The position numbers were made by a program, and so were the translations under genes. Below the pieces are notes generated by a model that did no database searches, was not told the origin of the DNA, and saw nothing but the letters and a program-made list of their open reading frames with translations. A DNA stretch of 64,000 nucleotides from Tagaea sp. Lineage in GTDB: Bacteria > Pseudomonadota > Alphaproteobacteria > CACIAM-22H2. The stretch lies in contig CBDIIB010000005.1 of the NCBI GenBank assembly GCA_965279525.1, forward strand, positions 416,001-480,000. The letters run 5' to 3'. Positions within the stretch are counted from its first letter, which is position 1. Every line of letters begins with the position of its first letter. Shown one piece after another: positions 50,268 through 62,017 of the stretch.

Positions 50268-51800
50268 CTACGAGCCGATGTCGAAGGTGACGCCCTGGGC
50301 AAGCGGCAGCGTCGTGCCGTAGTTGATCGTGTTCGTGGCGCGGCGCATGTAGGCCTTCCACGAATCCGAGCCGGCCTCGCGTCCGCCGCCGGTCTCCTTC
50401 TCGCCGCCGAAGGCACCGCCGATTTCGGCACCCGACGGACCGATATTGACGTTGGCGATCCCGCAATCTGATCCCGCATCGGAGACGAAGCGCTCGGCCT
50501 CGCGCAGGTCGAGCGTGAAGATCGACGAGGACAGGCCGGCGGAAACACCGTTCTGGATCCCGATCGCCTCGTCGAGATCGCGGTAGCGCACGACATAGAG
50601 GATCGGCGCGAAGGTCTCGTGCAGCATCGGCCCCGCCTGCCGGGGCATCTCGACGATCGCCGGCCGGAAGTAGCAGGCGTCCGCCGGCAGGTCGGGCCGC
50701 GTGACGCGTTCGCCGCCATGGACCTTCCCGCCGAGCGACGCCGCTTCGCCTAGCGCCTTGCGTGCAGCCTCCAGGGCCGCCGCGTCGATCAGCGGGCCCA
50801 CAAGCGTGCCCGCCGCACGCGGATCGCCGATCGTCACGCCGGCATAGGCGCGCACGAGCCGCGGGACGAGCTTGTCGTAGACGCTTTCGTGGACGATCAG
50901 CCGGCGCAACGACGTGCAGCGCTGGCCCGCCGTGCCCATCGCGGCGAAAGCGATGGCACGCAAGGCGAGATCGAGATCCGCCGACGGCGCGACGATGGCC
51001 GCATTGTTGCCGCCCAGTTCGAGAATCGCGCGGGCAAAGCGTGTGGCAAGCCGGGCGCCGACTTCGCGCCCCATGCGTGTCGAACCCGTCGCCGAGACGA
51101 GCGGAACGAGCGGATGGGCGACCAGCGCTTCGCCGGGGATGCGCGCACCCGTCAGCACCTGATGCAGGCCGGTCGGCACGCCGCCGTGGCGGCGTGCGGC
51201 GGCATCGAATATCGCGGCGACGGCAAGCGCCGTCAGCGGGGTCTTCTCCGACGGCTTCCAGACGACCGCGTTGCCGCACACGAGGGCGAGTGCGGCGTTC
51301 CATGCCCAGACCGCGACAGGGAAATTGAACGCCGTGACGATCCCGCAGACACCCATCGGATGCCAGGTTTCCATCATGCGATGATTGGGCCGCTCGGTCG
51401 CGATCGTCAGACCGTGCAGCTGGCGCGAAAGGCCGACGGCAAAATCGCAGATGTCGATCATCTCCTGCACTTCGCCGAGTCCTTCGGACGCGATCTTGCC
51501 GGTCTCGATCGTGACCAGCATCCCGAGATCCGTCTTCGCCGCGCGAAGCGCTTCGCCGAGCAGACGCACGAACTCGCCGCGCTGGGGCGCCGGCACGCCG
51601 CGCCACTCGAGAAAAGCGCGATGGGCGGCTTCGATCGCCACATCCGACTCCGCCCGGCCGAACTCGCGCACGCGTCCGATTTCGGCCCCGGAAACCGGAC
51701 TGCGGGCGACGAGCGTGCCGCCCGAAAGGGCCGCCGGGTCGACGCCGAGGCGCTTCAGGATCGCGGTGGTTTCCGCATGGATTTCGGCAATCTGGGACAC
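50268..51800 (-). CDS. ALDH7/antiquitin family aldehyde dehydrogenase (AmaB-like)
   Basis: GEVQEMIDICDFAVGLSRQL, LELGGNN, GQRCT, SGAEIGGAFGGEKETGGGREAGSD. Confidence 0.92.
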   Translation of the reverse strand: MSQIAEIHAETTAILKRLGVDPAALSGGTLVARSPVSGAEIGRVREFGRAESDVAIEAAHRAFLEWRGVPAPQRGEFVRLLGEALRAAKTDLGMLVTIETGKIASEGLGEVQEMIDICDFAVGLSRQLHGLTIATERPNHRMMETWHPMGVCGIVTAFNFPVAVWAWNAALALVCGNAVVWKPSEKTPLTALAVAAIFDAAARRHGGVPTGLHQVLTGARIPGEALVAHPLVPLVSATGSTRMGREVGARLATRFARAILELGGNNAAIVAPSADLDLALRAIAFAAMGTAGQRCTSLRRLIVHESVYDKLVPRLVRAYAGVTIGDPRAAGTLVGPLIDAAALEAARKALGEAASLGGKVHGGERVTRPDLPADACYFRPAIVEMPRQAGPMLHETFAPILYVVRYRDLDEAIGIQNGVSAGLSSSIFTLDLREAERFVSDAGSDCGIANVNIGPSGAEIGGAFGGEKETGGGREAGSDSWKAYMRRATNTINYGTTLPLAQGVTFDIGS

Positions 51801-52038
51801 TTCATATCTCCTGAGGCTCGCGGACGGTCGACTGCGCCGGGATATTGGAGAAGACCCGCCAGCCGGGCAAGACCGGGGTAGAGCCCCGGGCAGGCACCCG
51901 GCGGGGCAGCCAGGAAGCGTGATTTAGCCGGCAGACAGGCCCTGTTCCGGCCGGAAAAGGTTTTGAACCGCAGCACTTCGTGACAGGATCGATTCGCAGA
52001 TCCCGTTCGACACCGCACCCGACGGACCCTTCCGGCCG

Positions 52039-52542
52039 ATGACAACGCCCTACGCCGCCAGCACCGCGACCGGATCAACGTCCGCCTTCCCTGCCTTCGA
52101 GCCTTCCCGAATCGTCTCGCCGATGCTGCGACGGCTCCACGATTCCTGGCTCAAGGCCGCCGGGGACCGGCCGATGCCGGCACCGCGCGATTTCGATCCG
52201 GCGGATATCGCTTGGGCGGCGGACTTCCTGAGCGTGCACGAAGTGCGTCCCGGCAACGAGTTCCATTTCCGCATCGACGCGCCCCATACGGCGAACATTT
52301 TCGGCGCCGACATGACGGGAAAATCCCTTGCCGACTATTCCGAGCCGCGTGTCCGCGAGTTGATCCGTCACTCCCTGCTGAGCGTCGTGGCCAAGCGTGC
52401 GCCGGTGCTCGAGAAGCGCGACATCACGATCAGCCTGTGGCGCTGGGAATACGAGATCCTGCTCGTGCCCCTGTCCACCGACGGACAGAACGTCGACACG
52501 ATCTATTCGCTGCCGCAGATCGGATCCGAGATCCGCCGATAG
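52039..52542 (+). CDS. Stand-alone PAS_5 domain protein
   Basis: W...GDRPMPAPRDFDP, FHFR...GADMTGK, YEILLVPLSTDG. Confidence 0.78.
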   Translation: MTTPYAASTATGSTSAFPAFEPSRIVSPMLRRLHDSWLKAAGDRPMPAPRDFDPADIAWAADFLSVHEVRPGNEFHFRIDAPHTANIFGADMTGKSLADYSEPRVRELIRHSLLSVVAKRAPVLEKRDITISLWRWEYEILLVPLSTDGQNVDTIYSLPQIGSEIRR

Positions 52543-52548
52543 TCCCGG

Positions 52549-53095
52549 CTAGCCGAGAGCGAAGCCTGCAAGCAGATCGTCGGTCGCGACGGTTTCCACC
52601 GGCCGGGCCGCGATCAGATTCTTCCAGACCCAGTTGTGATGGCGTATGACGGATCGCGCGTCGAGGTGCGGGCGGTCGCTGGCAGTATGGCCATCCGCGA
52701 CCGCGACGACTTTATACCCGTTCGACACGGCCGACCGCACGGTCGAGTCGACGCAGAAATCCGTCGCCCAACCCGCAACGAGAACCCGCTCCGGCGAAAG
52801 CCCATCCAGGATGCGACTTCAGGTCGGTTCCGCAGAACGGATCGTTCAGGGTTTTCGCGACGACCATGTCGTCCGGGTGCCGGACGAGTTCCGGAAGAAA
52901 CCGCCAGCCGGGCGAACCCGGTTCGTATGCATCGCCGGACGGCCCGTGGTGCTGAACGAAGATCACGCGGCCCGACCGGGCGCGGACATGCGCCGCCACG
53001 CGGTTGATCCGGTCGACGACGCCGGGCAGGTCGTACTTCGTCCCCCCGTCGAGAAGCCCGACCTGCATGTCGACGACGATCAGGACATCGGTCAT
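52549..53095 (-). pseudogene. Isochorismatase-family cysteine hydrolase, +1 frameshift at ~52813 (possibly sequencing error)
   Basis: VVDMQ, FVQH, K..DPF in one frame; GWATDFCVDST, DGHT in another. Confidence 0.75.
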
Positions 53096-53129
53096 TCCCG
53101 AACCGCACATATGGCCAGAGGGAAAAAAA

Positions 53130-53219
53130 TGGCGGAGGGGATGAGATTCGAACTCACGATGGGGTTTCCCCCATACACGCTTTCCAAGCGAGCGCCTTAA
53201 ACCACTCGGCCACCCCTCC
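53130..53219 (-). tRNA. tRNA-Ser(GGA)
   Basis: GGAGGGGTGGCCGAGTGGTTTAAGGCG, anticodon loop TTGGAAA, long variable arm, GTTCGAATC, encoded CCA; 90 nt. Confidence 0.97.
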
Positions 53220-53347
53220 GCCGGGGTTCGCGGGGCACCTCATACCGCCAATCGGGGCGCAATCCAAGCGGTTCGGCCACACTCGCCACGGACGGGCGAA
53301 GTGGCTAGAATGGCACGACAAAAGCCCGGAAAGGGACGTTGGAGCCC

Positions 53348-53668
53348 GTGATCGTTCTGCGCATCATCGCCTGGCTGTTGCTTGCCGGCGCCGTCTTCGC
53401 GGCCGGCCTGGACGGGCTCGCCTATCTCGAGACGGGCGAGTACGCCCCCATCCCGCTCGGCCAGGTCTGGGCCACGATCCATCGCGATTCGCTGCTGCTG
53501 GTCGAGCCGGGGATCGTGCGCCACATCCATCCCGCCCTCTGGGAGGACGTCGTCTTCCCGCTGCTGCAGGCGCCGGCATGGCTGGTGGGGACCGTGAGCG
53601 GCGGCATCCTGGGCATCCTCGCGCGCGAACGCACGCCGCGCCGCCGCCGCCGGCCGGAGTGGCGCTAG
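53348..53668 (+). CDS. Hypothetical membrane protein
   Basis: Two TM helices, LGQVW..IH..SL, P.LW...P; divergent from tRNA. Confidence 0.7.
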   Translation: MIVLRIIAWLLLAGAVFAAGLDGLAYLETGEYAPIPLGQVWATIHRDSLLLVEPGIVRHIHPALWEDVVFPLLQAPAWLVGTVSGGILGILARERTPRRRRRPEWR

Positions 53669-53675
53669 GCCAAGC

Positions 53676-55478
53676 CTAGTCGTCGCGCGCCTTGAGGGCC
53701 GCGAGGAACGCCGACTGCGGGATCTCGACCTGCCCGAACTGGCGCATGCGCTTCTTGCCTTCCTTCTGCTTGTCGAGCAGCTTGCGCTTGCGGCTGATGT
53801 CGCCGCCATAGCACTTGGAAAGCACGTCCTTGCGCAGCGCCGAGATCGTCTCGCGCGCCACGATCTTGCCGCCGATCGCCGCCTGGATCGGGATGACGAA
53901 AAGCTGGCGCGGGATCAGTTCCTTGAGCTTGACGCATAGCGCGCGCCCGCGGCTTTCGGCCGCCGCGCGGTGCACGATGATGGCGAGCGCGTCGACCGGC
54001 TCGGCGTTGACGAGGATGGACAGGCGCACGAGATCGTCCTCGCGGTAGTCCGTCATCGTGTAGTCGAAGCTCGCGTAGCCGCGGCTCACCGACTTCAGCC
54101 GGTCGTAGAAATCGAACACAACTTCGTTGAGCGGCAGGTCATAGACGACCATCGCGCGGTTGCCGACATAGGTAAGGTTCTGCTGGATGCCGCGCCGGTC
54201 CTGGCAGAGCTTGAGGATCGAGCCGAGATACTCGTCAGGGACGAGGATCGTCGCCTTGATGCGCGGCTCCTCGATATGGTCGATGAACGTGGGATCGGGC
54301 ATGTCGGCGGGGTTGTGCATGTCCATGACCGTGCCGTCGTTCATGTGCACCTTGTAGACGACCGAGGGCGCGGTCGCGATGAGATCGAGGTCGAACTCGC
54401 GCGACAGGCGCTCCTGCACGATCTCGAGATGGAGCAGCCCCAGGAACCCGCAGCGGAACCCGAAACCGAGGGCGGCCGAGCTTTCCGGCTCGTAGACGAA
54501 GCTCGCGTCGTTGAGGCGCAGCTTGCCCAGGCTCTCGCGCAGATGCTCGAACTGGGCCGGATCGACCGGGAACAGGCCGCACCACACCACAGGCAGCGAC
54601 GGCTTAAAGCCCGGCAGGGCTTCCGCCGTGCGGCGCCTTTCCTCGGTGATCGTCTCGCCGATGGCGACGTCCGCCACCGCCTTGATGCCGGCGGTGATGA
54701 AGCCGATCTCGCCGGCCCCCAGCTCGCCCACTTCCTTGATCTTGGGCGTGAACACGCCCACGCGCTCGACGTCGTAGGTGGCGCCCGCGTTCATCGTGCG
54801 GATCTTCATGCCCTTGGCGATGCGCCCGTCCTTGACGCGGATCAGCAGCACGACGCCGAGATAGAGGTCGTACCACGCGTCGACGAGCAGCGCCTTCAGC
54901 GGCGCCGCGCCGTCGCCCTTGGGTGGCGGCAGGCGCTTGACCAGCGCTTCGAGCACCAGGTCGATATTGAGGCCGGTCTTGGCCGAGATTGGCACCGCAT
55001 CCGACGCGTCGAGACCGATCGTGTCCTCGATCTGCTTCTTGATGCGCTCGGGGTCGGCGGCCGGCAGGTCGATCTTGTTGAGGACCGGCACGATCTCGTG
55101 GCCCACGTCGAGCGCCTGGTAGACATTGGCGAGCGTCTGGGCTTCCACGCCCTGGCTTGCGTCCACGACCAGAATCGAGCCTTCGCACGCGGCAAGGCTG
55201 CGGCTGACCTCGTAGGCGAAGTCGACATGGCCGGGCGTGTCCATCAGGTTCAGGACATAGTCCTTGCCGTCCTTGGCCTTGTAGTCGAGGCGGACGGTCT
55301 GCGCCTTGATCGTGATGCCGCGCTCGCGCTCGATATCCATTGAGTCGAGCATCTGCTCCTGCATGTCGCGCGCCTCGACCGCCCCGCACGCCTGGATCAG
55401 CCGGTCGGCAAGCGTGGACTTGCCATGGTCGATATGGGCGACGATCGAGAAATTGCGGATCCGCGAGAGGTCGGTCAT
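53676..55478 (-). CDS. lepA: Elongation factor 4
   Basis: [50 protein letters not shown]. Confidence 0.98.
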   Translation of the reverse strand: MTDLSRIRNFSIVAHIDHGKSTLADRLIQACGAVEARDMQEQMLDSMDIERERGITIKAQTVRLDYKAKDGKDYVLNLMDTPGHVDFAYEVSRSLAACEGSILVVDASQGVEAQTLANVYQALDVGHEIVPVLNKIDLPAADPERIKKQIEDTIGLDASDAVPISAKTGLNIDLVLEALVKRLPPPKGDGAAPLKALLVDAWYDLYLGVVLLIRVKDGRIAKGMKIRTMNAGATYDVERVGVFTPKIKEVGELGAGEIGFITAGIKAVADVAIGETITEERRRTAEALPGFKPSLPVVWCGLFPVDPAQFEHLRESLGKLRLNDASFVYEPESSAALGFGFRCGFLGLLHLEIVQERLSREFDLDLIATAPSVVYKVHMNDGTVMDMHNPADMPDPTFIDHIEEPRIKATILVPDEYLGSILKLCQDRRGIQQNLTYVGNRAMVVYDLPLNEVVFDFYDRLKSVSRGYASFDYTMTDYREDDLVRLSILVNAEPVDALAIIVHRAAAESRGRALCVKLKELIPRQLFVIPIQAAIGGKIVARETISALRKDVLSKCYGGDISRKRKLLDKQKEGKKRMRQFGQVEIPQSAFLAALKARDD

Positions 55479-55492
55479 TGCGCTCTGGAGTC

Positions 55493-55519
55493 AAAAAAAG
55501 CGCGCCCGGAAAGGGCGCG
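55493..55519 (-). terminator. Intrinsic-terminator-like hairpin in lepA leader
   Basis: Minus strand CGCGCCC-TTTCC-GGGCGCG-C-T7, ending 14 nt before lepA ATG. Confidence 0.5.
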
Positions 55520-55537
55520 GGATCGGACAGGAGCCGG

Positions 55538-55566
55538 AACATAGGCGGACGCACAGGGCGAAGCAA
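55538..55566 (-). promoter_or_regulatory. Candidate sigma70 promoter for lepA
   Basis: Minus strand TTGCTT-N17-TATGTT. Confidence 0.45.
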
Positions 55567-55866
55567 CCCCGCCGCCCGGCCGCACGCGGCTGGGCGGCAA
55601 GCTGCTGAAAAACATCGGGAAACGGGGTCCGCGCGCTAGGCCGCGCGGACCCCGGCGAGGAACGCGGCGACCTGCTAGCGCAGCGCCTCACCAGCGTCGC
55701 TCCGGCTCCGCGAACGGACTCCAAGGCGACGACGACCGGCCGAGATCTCGCTCCTTGCGTTCGGGCGCGGCATTCGGGGATGCCGGTGCCGTTTCCAAAT
55801 ACCGCTTGTCGCGATTCCGGCGATCCCGCGGCGAATTCATAAGGCGACGCTGATACACGCGGTGCA

Positions 55867-57615
55867 ATGATAGGACCGATGAAGGTGTGGCTTCCCCAAC
55901 GAAAAAGCCTGATCTTCCGAGGCATCGCGCCCGAGCATATCGTGCTCGCGTTTGCCTGCCTCGTGATCGCCGGAATCTGGTCCGTCGTTTTCTGGAAAGT
56001 CGCGGAAGATCGGCGCGAAGTCTATTCTGCGGCGCAGGCTGAACTGCTCGGCGCGCAGAACCTCATCGCGGCGCAGTTCGCCCGCTCGACCGACATTGCC
56101 GTTTCCGTCATGTCCGCCATCGACGGCTGGATGGCAGGCCAGCGGCGCCCGTTCAGCGGTGCGACCGACATGGCGGATCTCGGCGAATTCATCGAGCGAA
56201 ACATCCGGCATCAGTCGTTTCTGGTCCGGGTCCGTCTCTTCGACGCGGACGGCGAGCGGATCGCTCTGCCGACCAACCCGGAAGAAAGCTTCAACATTGC
56301 CGATCAGCCCTATATCAAGGAGCTCGAGGGAAAGGACGCCGATTTCATCGTCATCGGTCGGCAGGTCCGGTTCCGCGGTTACGACAATCCTGCCCTGAGA
56401 ATCCTGCTCGTCGCGAAGCGGGCGCACGAAAATGTCTTCGGCGTCCGCTACATCGTCGCCGGAATCCTTGCGTCTGAGCTGGACAAGCTGTTCGACCGCG
56501 TCTTCGTTTCGGCTCCCGGCAACATCGGCGCCTTCCGCGACGACGGGTATCTGATCTACCGATATCCAGACCCGGACAATTTTGTCGGCGTCAAACTCGA
56601 TCTCGACTATTTCATGGGGCCCGAAGCCGACCGGTCCGAGCTCGGCATCATTACAGGACGCAGCGACCCGACCGGGCGCGCCCTCCTCATTGCGTACAAG
56701 CGCGTCGACCAGTTGCCGATTTATGCCTATGCGAGCTTCCGGGGCGCGGATCTCGACACGCGGGCGCTCGCGCGCCGCCCCGTCTATTTCGGATTTGCGG
56801 CGGTCGCGACGCTCCTTTGCGTCGGCTTGGGCGTTTTCGTGATTGTATTCGCGCGCATCCGCGAGCGCGAGGCCACGCTCCTGCACCGCGCGCTCGTCGA
56901 TTCCCAGGCGGCGAACGTCGCCAAACGGGACTTTCTCGCGAATGTCAGCCACGAACTCCGCACGCCGCTGAACGCGATCATCGGCTTTTCCGAAATGATG
57001 GCGACCGGCGTCTTCGGCGCCCTCACGGCGAAGAACGCCGAGTACAACGCCGACGTTCTCAAGGCCGGGAACCACCTTCTTTCCGTCGTCGACCAGCTGC
57101 TCGACATCGCGTCCATCGAGGCCGGGCGATCCCAGCTCAATCCGGAGATATTCAGCCCGTCCGCGACGATCGGTGAGGTCGTCGAAATTCTCGCGCCGCG
57201 GATCACCGACCGCAAGGTCAGCTTCAAACTGCTTCCGCCCGCCTTGGCCTTCGCCGTCCAAAGTGACCAGCGGATCGTGCGGCAGATACTTCTCAACCTT
57301 GTCGACAACGCGATGAAGTATTCCGGGAGACCCGGGCTGGTGCGGATAGGCTGGTCGGTCCGGTCAGACGGATTCTGGGAATTCTTCGTCGCCGATAACG
57401 GACAGGGCATCCCCGAAAGCGACCTGCCGCTCATCTTCGAGCCGTTCTGGCGAAGCGCCGGCGCCTACACCGCGAAGGCCGAGGGGAAGGGTCTTGGCCT
57501 GATGCTGACCAAGCAGATGGTGAGCCAGCTGCGGGGCACGATCGACGTGGAAAGCGCCGTCGGTTCGGGGGCCCGGTTCACGGTCGTGCTTCCGACGAAG
57601 CTTGCGGCCGGCTAA
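55867..57615 (+). CDS. Sensor histidine kinase, Cache-like periplasmic domain, PleC/DivJ-type H-box
   Basis: Two TM helices, [35 protein letters not shown]. Confidence 0.9.
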   Translation: MIGPMKVWLPQRKSLIFRGIAPEHIVLAFACLVIAGIWSVVFWKVAEDRREVYSAAQAELLGAQNLIAAQFARSTDIAVSVMSAIDGWMAGQRRPFSGATDMADLGEFIERNIRHQSFLVRVRLFDADGERIALPTNPEESFNIADQPYIKELEGKDADFIVIGRQVRFRGYDNPALRILLVAKRAHENVFGVRYIVAGILASELDKLFDRVFVSAPGNIGAFRDDGYLIYRYPDPDNFVGVKLDLDYFMGPEADRSELGIITGRSDPTGRALLIAYKRVDQLPIYAYASFRGADLDTRALARRPVYFGFAAVATLLCVGLGVFVIVFARIREREATLLHRALVDSQAANVAKRDFLANVSHELRTPLNAIIGFSEMMATGVFGALTAKNAEYNADVLKAGNHLLSVVDQLLDIASIEAGRSQLNPEIFSPSATIGEVVEILAPRITDRKVSFKLLPPALAFAVQSDQRIVRQILLNLVDNAMKYSGRPGLVRIGWSVRSDGFWEFFVADNGQGIPESDLPLIFEPFWRSAGAYTAKAEGKGLGLMLTKQMVSQLRGTIDVESAVGSGARFTVVLPTKLAAG

Positions 57616-59411
57616 CGCCGCCCGAACAGCTTCTCGATGTCGGCGAGCTTGAGTTCCACGTAGGTCGGCCGGCCGTGGTTGCACTGGCCGCTGTGGGGGG
57701 TGGCTTCCATCTGGCGCAGCAGCGCGTCCATCTCGGGGCCGGTGAGGCGCCGGCCGGCGCGCACCGAGCCGTGGCACGCGATGGTGCCGCACACGTCGGC
57801 CAGACGCTCTTTCAGCGACAGAGCGGCCCCGTGCTCGGCCAGTTCGTCGGCAAGGTCGCGGATCAGGCCGCGCACGTCGAGTTCGCCCAGCAATGCCGGC
57901 GTCTCGCGCACGGCCACGGCACCGGGGCCGAAGGATTCGACCGTGAGGCCAAGCTCGGCAAGCTCGTCCGCCTTCGCGACGAGGCGTGCCGCGTCGGCCT
58001 CGTCGAGTTCGACGATCTCGGGGATCAGCAGCGTCTGGCGTTTGACCCCGCCATTGGCGAGCGCTTCCTTCATGCGTTCGTAGACGAGGCGCTCGTGCGC
58101 GGCGTGCTGGTCGACCAGCACGATGCCGTCCTTCGTCTGCGCGACGATATAGGTCTCGTGCAGCTGGGCGCGCGCGATGCCCAGCGGCAGGTCCGGGGTG
58201 GTCTCGCCGACCGGGGCCGGTGCGGGCGCCGACGCGCCGAACGCAGGTGCGGGTACGGCAACGGGCGCGTTGTACGCGATGCTGCGCTCGGCCATGCCGG
58301 CCGACAGCGGCTGCGATCCCGCGAACTGGTATTGCGGCGGCTGGACCTGCGGGCGGGCCAGTTCCAGCGCTTCGACCGCCACGCGCGTCGAGGCGCGGAA
58401 GCCTGCGCGATCGAGCGCTTCCTTGAGGCTCGCCACGATCAGGCCGCGGATGCGCGCAGGCTCGCGGAAACGCACCTCGGTCTTGGCCGGATGCACGTTG
58501 GCGTCGACCATGTGCGTGGGTAGGTCGAGGAACAGCGCCACCGCCGGATGCCGGTCGCGCGCGAGGAAATCGGCATAGGCACCGCGCACGGCACCGGCCA
58601 GCAGCTTGTCGCGCACGGGCCGGCCGTTGACGAACAGGTACTGGTGCTGCGCGGTCGCGCGGTTATAGGTCGGCAGACCGGCATGGCCGGAGAGACGCAC
58701 CTCCCCTTCCGGATCGGCGCGGCGCGCATCGAGTGCGACGGCATTGTCGAAGAAATCCTTGCCCACGACGGCGGCCACGCGCGTCAGCCGCGCGGTCGCC
58801 GCATCGCCCGTCGCGGCCGGCAGCTTCAGGATCGAGCGGCCGTCGGCGGTCAGCGAGAAGGCGATTTCGGGATGCGCCATGGCAAGGCGCGCGATCGCGT
58901 CCTCGCAGGCTTCGCGCTCGGCGCGCTCGCCTTTCAGGAACTTGAGGCGCGCGGGCGTGGCATAAAAAAGGTCGCGCACTTCCACGCGCGTGCCTGGCGG
59001 CGACGCGGCCGGGACGGGGGCGTGCTTGGCCCCGCCTTCGACGGAAATCGACCACGCCTCGGCGGCCGCACGCGGCCGGCTGACGAGGACAAGGCGCGCC
59101 ACCGCACCGATGGACGGCAATGCTTCGCCGCGGAACCCGAGCGTGCGGATCGCCAGCAGGTCGTCGTCGGGAAGCTTCGACGTGGCGTGCCGCTCGACCG
59201 CGAGGTCGAGCTCGGCGGGGCTCATGCCCTTGCCGTCGTCGGCGACCGCGATAAGCGCGCGGCCCGCCTCGCCCAGCGTCACGTCGACGCGCGTTGCACC
59301 GGCATCGATCGCGTTCTCGACCAGCTCCTTCACGGCCGCTGCCGGCCGCTCGATGACTTCGCCCGCCGCGATGCGGTTGACGAGCGTTTCGGGCAGCAGC
59401 CGGATCGTCAT
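57612..59411 (-). CDS. mutL: DNA mismatch repair protein MutL
   Basis: [41 protein letters not shown]. Confidence 0.97.
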   Translation of the reverse strand: MTIRLLPETLVNRIAAGEVIERPAAAVKELVENAIDAGATRVDVTLGEAGRALIAVADDGKGMSPAELDLAVERHATSKLPDDDLLAIRTLGFRGEALPSIGAVARLVLVSRPRAAAEAWSISVEGGAKHAPVPAASPPGTRVEVRDLFYATPARLKFLKGERAEREACEDAIARLAMAHPEIAFSLTADGRSILKLPAATGDAATARLTRVAAVVGKDFFDNAVALDARRADPEGEVRLSGHAGLPTYNRATAQHQYLFVNGRPVRDKLLAGAVRGAYADFLARDRHPAVALFLDLPTHMVDANVHPAKTEVRFREPARIRGLIVASLKEALDRAGFRASTRVAVEALELARPQVQPPQYQFAGSQPLSAGMAERSIAYNAPVAVPAPAFGASAPAPAPVGETTPDLPLGIARAQLHETYIVAQTKDGIVLVDQHAAHERLVYERMKEALANGGVKRQTLLIPEIVELDEADAARLVAKADELAELGLTVESFGPGAVAVRETPALLGELDVRGLIRDLADELAEHGAALSLKERLADVCGTIACHGSVRAGRRLTGPEMDALLRQMEATPHSGQCNHGRPTYVELKLADIEKLFGRR

Positions 59412-60661
59412 CAATCCATGCCCTTGAGATACTTGCGCGCGAGGATCTTGCCGTCCTCGACCGCCGGCTGGTCGAACGGATCGACGCCGAAGAGCTCCGC
59501 CGTAATCACGGTCTCGAGCATGAAATGCATCAGGAGTGCGCCGAGCGCGTAAGCGTCGAGCTTCGGAAGCGTGATGAGCCGAACCGGACGGCCGCGCCGC
59601 GCCAGCGTCTCGGCCGTGGCCCGCCACGACACGTCGAGCACGTCGCCCATCGTGCGGCCTTCCAGCCAGTCGAGCGAAGGATCGCCGAGTGCCTCGGGCG
59701 TATAGCGCTGGCCGGCGCCGCGGGTTTCGCAGGCAAGGATCGTCACCAGCTTGTCGGCCGGCCCGTCGAGCCAGAGCTGGAGCTGGCTGTGCTGGTCGAC
59801 GGTGCCCAGCGCGCGGATCGGCGTGGTTCCCTCGCCGCCCTTGCCGAGGCTTTCCGCCCACAGCTGCGCAAACCACTGGCCGAAGGGCCCGAGCGCGTCG
59901 ACATAGGGGCACAGCACCGTCGTGCGATGACCTTTCGCGGCGAAGGCGGCGGCAAGTGCTGCCCCGTGGGCCGGCAGCGACGTCGCGGGATCGCCAAGGG
60001 CCGCATCGCGCGCGGCCTTGGCACCGGCGCGAAGGGCCTTGATGTCGATGCCGAGCAGGGCCGCCGGCAGCAGGCCGACGACCGACAGGACCGAATAACG
60101 CCCGCCCAGCGTCGTCGGATGCTCGATCTGCGGAATGCCCAGACGCCGGGCGAGGCGCGCCAGCGCATTGTCGGTCGGCTCGGTGATCGCGCGCGCGTGG
60201 CGCGCCGGATCGGCGAATTTCGGCAGGATCGCATGCGCCTGCGCCAGCGTTTCGGCCGTGCCGCCGGATTTCGAGACGATCAGCACGCCGGTATCGCTGA
60301 AATCGAGCGTGGCGAGCAGCTTGTCGAAGCCGAACGGATCGACGTTCTCGGCGACGATCAGCTTGATCGAGCCCTTGGGCCAATAGCCCGCCCCGCCATC
60401 GACGAGGGCGGCAAGCGTGCGCGCACCCAGGCTCGACCCGCCCGTCCCCAGCAGCACGATCGTGCCGAAGCCGCCCAGATCCTTCACCGCCTGCTCGATC
60501 GCCGCGTAGTCGTCGGTGCGGTCGGGCTGGTCGAGGAAGGCATAGGTGCCCTTGCCGACCGCCGCCTTCAGGCGCGCGAGCGCCGGCTTCGTGTGCGCGA
60601 GCGCGGCGTCGAGCGAAACGCCCGCGCAATGGCGCAGATCCTGGAGATAGGGCAGCGGCAT
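59411..60661 (-). CDS. pgi: Glucose-6-phosphate isomerase (short form)
   Basis: [49 protein letters not shown]. Confidence 0.92.
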   Translation of the reverse strand: MPLPYLQDLRHCAGVSLDAALAHTKPALARLKAAVGKGTYAFLDQPDRTDDYAAIEQAVKDLGGFGTIVLLGTGGSSLGARTLAALVDGGAGYWPKGSIKLIVAENVDPFGFDKLLATLDFSDTGVLIVSKSGGTAETLAQAHAILPKFADPARHARAITEPTDNALARLARRLGIPQIEHPTTLGGRYSVLSVVGLLPAALLGIDIKALRAGAKAARDAALGDPATSLPAHGAALAAAFAAKGHRTTVLCPYVDALGPFGQWFAQLWAESLGKGGEGTTPIRALGTVDQHSQLQLWLDGPADKLVTILACETRGAGQRYTPEALGDPSLDWLEGRTMGDVLDVSWRATAETLARRGRPVRLITLPKLDAYALGALLMHFMLETVITAELFGVDPFDQPAVEDGKILARKYLKGMD

Positions 60662-60696
60662 GGTCGAGTCGTCTCCTAGACGGATGATAGCCGGAT

Positions 60697-62016
60697 CTAC
60701 TCGCCCGCCGCGATCCCGGCGGGCTGGCCGACCGCGACGACGAGCATGCGCGACGGCACGAACAGCCGGGCCGCCGCGCGGCGCGCGTCGGCGATCGTCA
60801 CGGCCGCGATGCGCCGCTGGCGCTCTTCGAACCAGTCGGTGCCGCGCCCGTCGAGCCGCGCATTGACGAGCAGGCGCGCGATGCGGCTCACGCCCTCGAA
60901 CTGCAGCGGGAACGAGCCGAGCACGTAGTCCTTGGCACCCTGCAACTCCGCCTCGCTCGGTCCCTCGCGCCCCATGCGTTCCCACTCGGCGCGGACCAGA
61001 TCGAGCGCGCGGCCGGCCGTGCCGTTCTCGCTGGAGGTCGAGCCCTGCACGAGATTGGCGCGCTCGAAGATCGCAAGGCCGGTGCCGATGCCGTAGGTAA
61101 GGCCCTCGCGCTCGCGCACCGAGGCCATCAGGCGCGAATTGAAGCCGCCGCCGCCCAGCACGTAGTTGACGAGCGTGGCGGCGAACAAGTCGGGATCGTC
61201 GCGCGACACGCCTTCGCTGCCGAACAGCAGGAAGGTCTGCGTGCCCGGCCGCTGCAGTACGATCGTGCGCCCGGCCCCGCCGATGCCGGTCGCCGGGACC
61301 GTCGCGCGCGTGGATTTCGCGGGCAGGCCGCCGAAGGCGCGGTCGAGCAGCCGGCCAAGCTCGGCCGGATCGGTATCGCCGACGGCCGCGACGACGAGGT
61401 TGTCGCGCGCGTAGACGGCCGCCAGCTCGGCGCGGAAGTCGGCTTCGCCCAGCGAACGCACGCTGTCGGGCGTGCCGCGCGTGGGCCGCGAATAGGGATG
61501 CTCGCCGAAGGCCGCGCGCGCGAACGCGCGCCGGCCGGCCGTCTCGGGGCTGCCCTCGTCGCGCGACAGGCCGGACAGGATCGAAGCACGGATGCGCTCG
61601 ATCTGTGCGGCGTCGAAACGCGGGCGCTGGAGGGCGTCGGCAAGCAGCCCGATGCCCAGCTCCTTGTCGCGCGCCAGCACGCGCAGCGAGCCCTGTACCG
61701 TGTCCGCTCCGGCCGAGAAGCCCAGCGAGATCGACTTGTCTTCAAGCGCCGCGGCGAACGCCTGCTGGTCGCGCGCGCCCGCCCCCTGCACGAGGAGGTC
61801 GGCCGTCATCGCGGCACGCCCTTCCTTGCCCGCAGGGTCGAGCGAGGAGCCGCCGCGCCACGAAAACTCGATCGCCAGCAGCGGCAGCGAGGCGTCGCGG
61901 ATGAGCCAGGCCTCGATGCCGCCGGGGCTGGTCACGCGCTCGATGCGCTGGCCCTGCGCGTGCGCAGGCAACGCGAGCGTCACGAAAAACAGGGCGGCGA
62001 GGATGCGCAGATGCAT
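60697..62016 (-). CDS. M16 family peptidase, non-catalytic subunit
   Basis: [11 protein letters not shown], no Hxx[12 protein letters not shown]...REREGLTYG. Confidence 0.9.
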   Translation of the reverse strand: MHLRILAALFFVTLALPAHAQGQRIERVTSPGGIEAWLIRDASLPLLAIEFSWRGGSSLDPAGKEGRAAMTADLLVQGAGARDQQAFAAALEDKSISLGFSAGADTVQGSLRVLARDKELGIGLLADALQRPRFDAAQIERIRASILSGLSRDEGSPETAGRRAFARAAFGEHPYSRPTRGTPDSVRSLGEADFRAELAAVYARDNLVVAAVGDTDPAELGRLLDRAFGGLPAKSTRATVPATGIGGAGRTIVLQRPGTQTFLLFGSEGVSRDDPDLFAATLVNYVLGGGGFNSRLMASVREREGLTYGIGTGLAIFERANLVQGSTSSENGTAGRALDLVRAEWERMGREGPSEAELQGAKDYVLGSFPLQFEGVSRIARLLVNARLDGRGTDWFEERQRRIAAVTIADARRAAARLFVPSRMLVVAVGQPAGIAAGE

Positions 62017-62017
62017 T

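Noticed and set aside
42649-53219. Genomic island integrated at tRNA-Ser
   Set aside because: No integrase and I found no duplicated tRNA 3' end; any composition shift is only an impression
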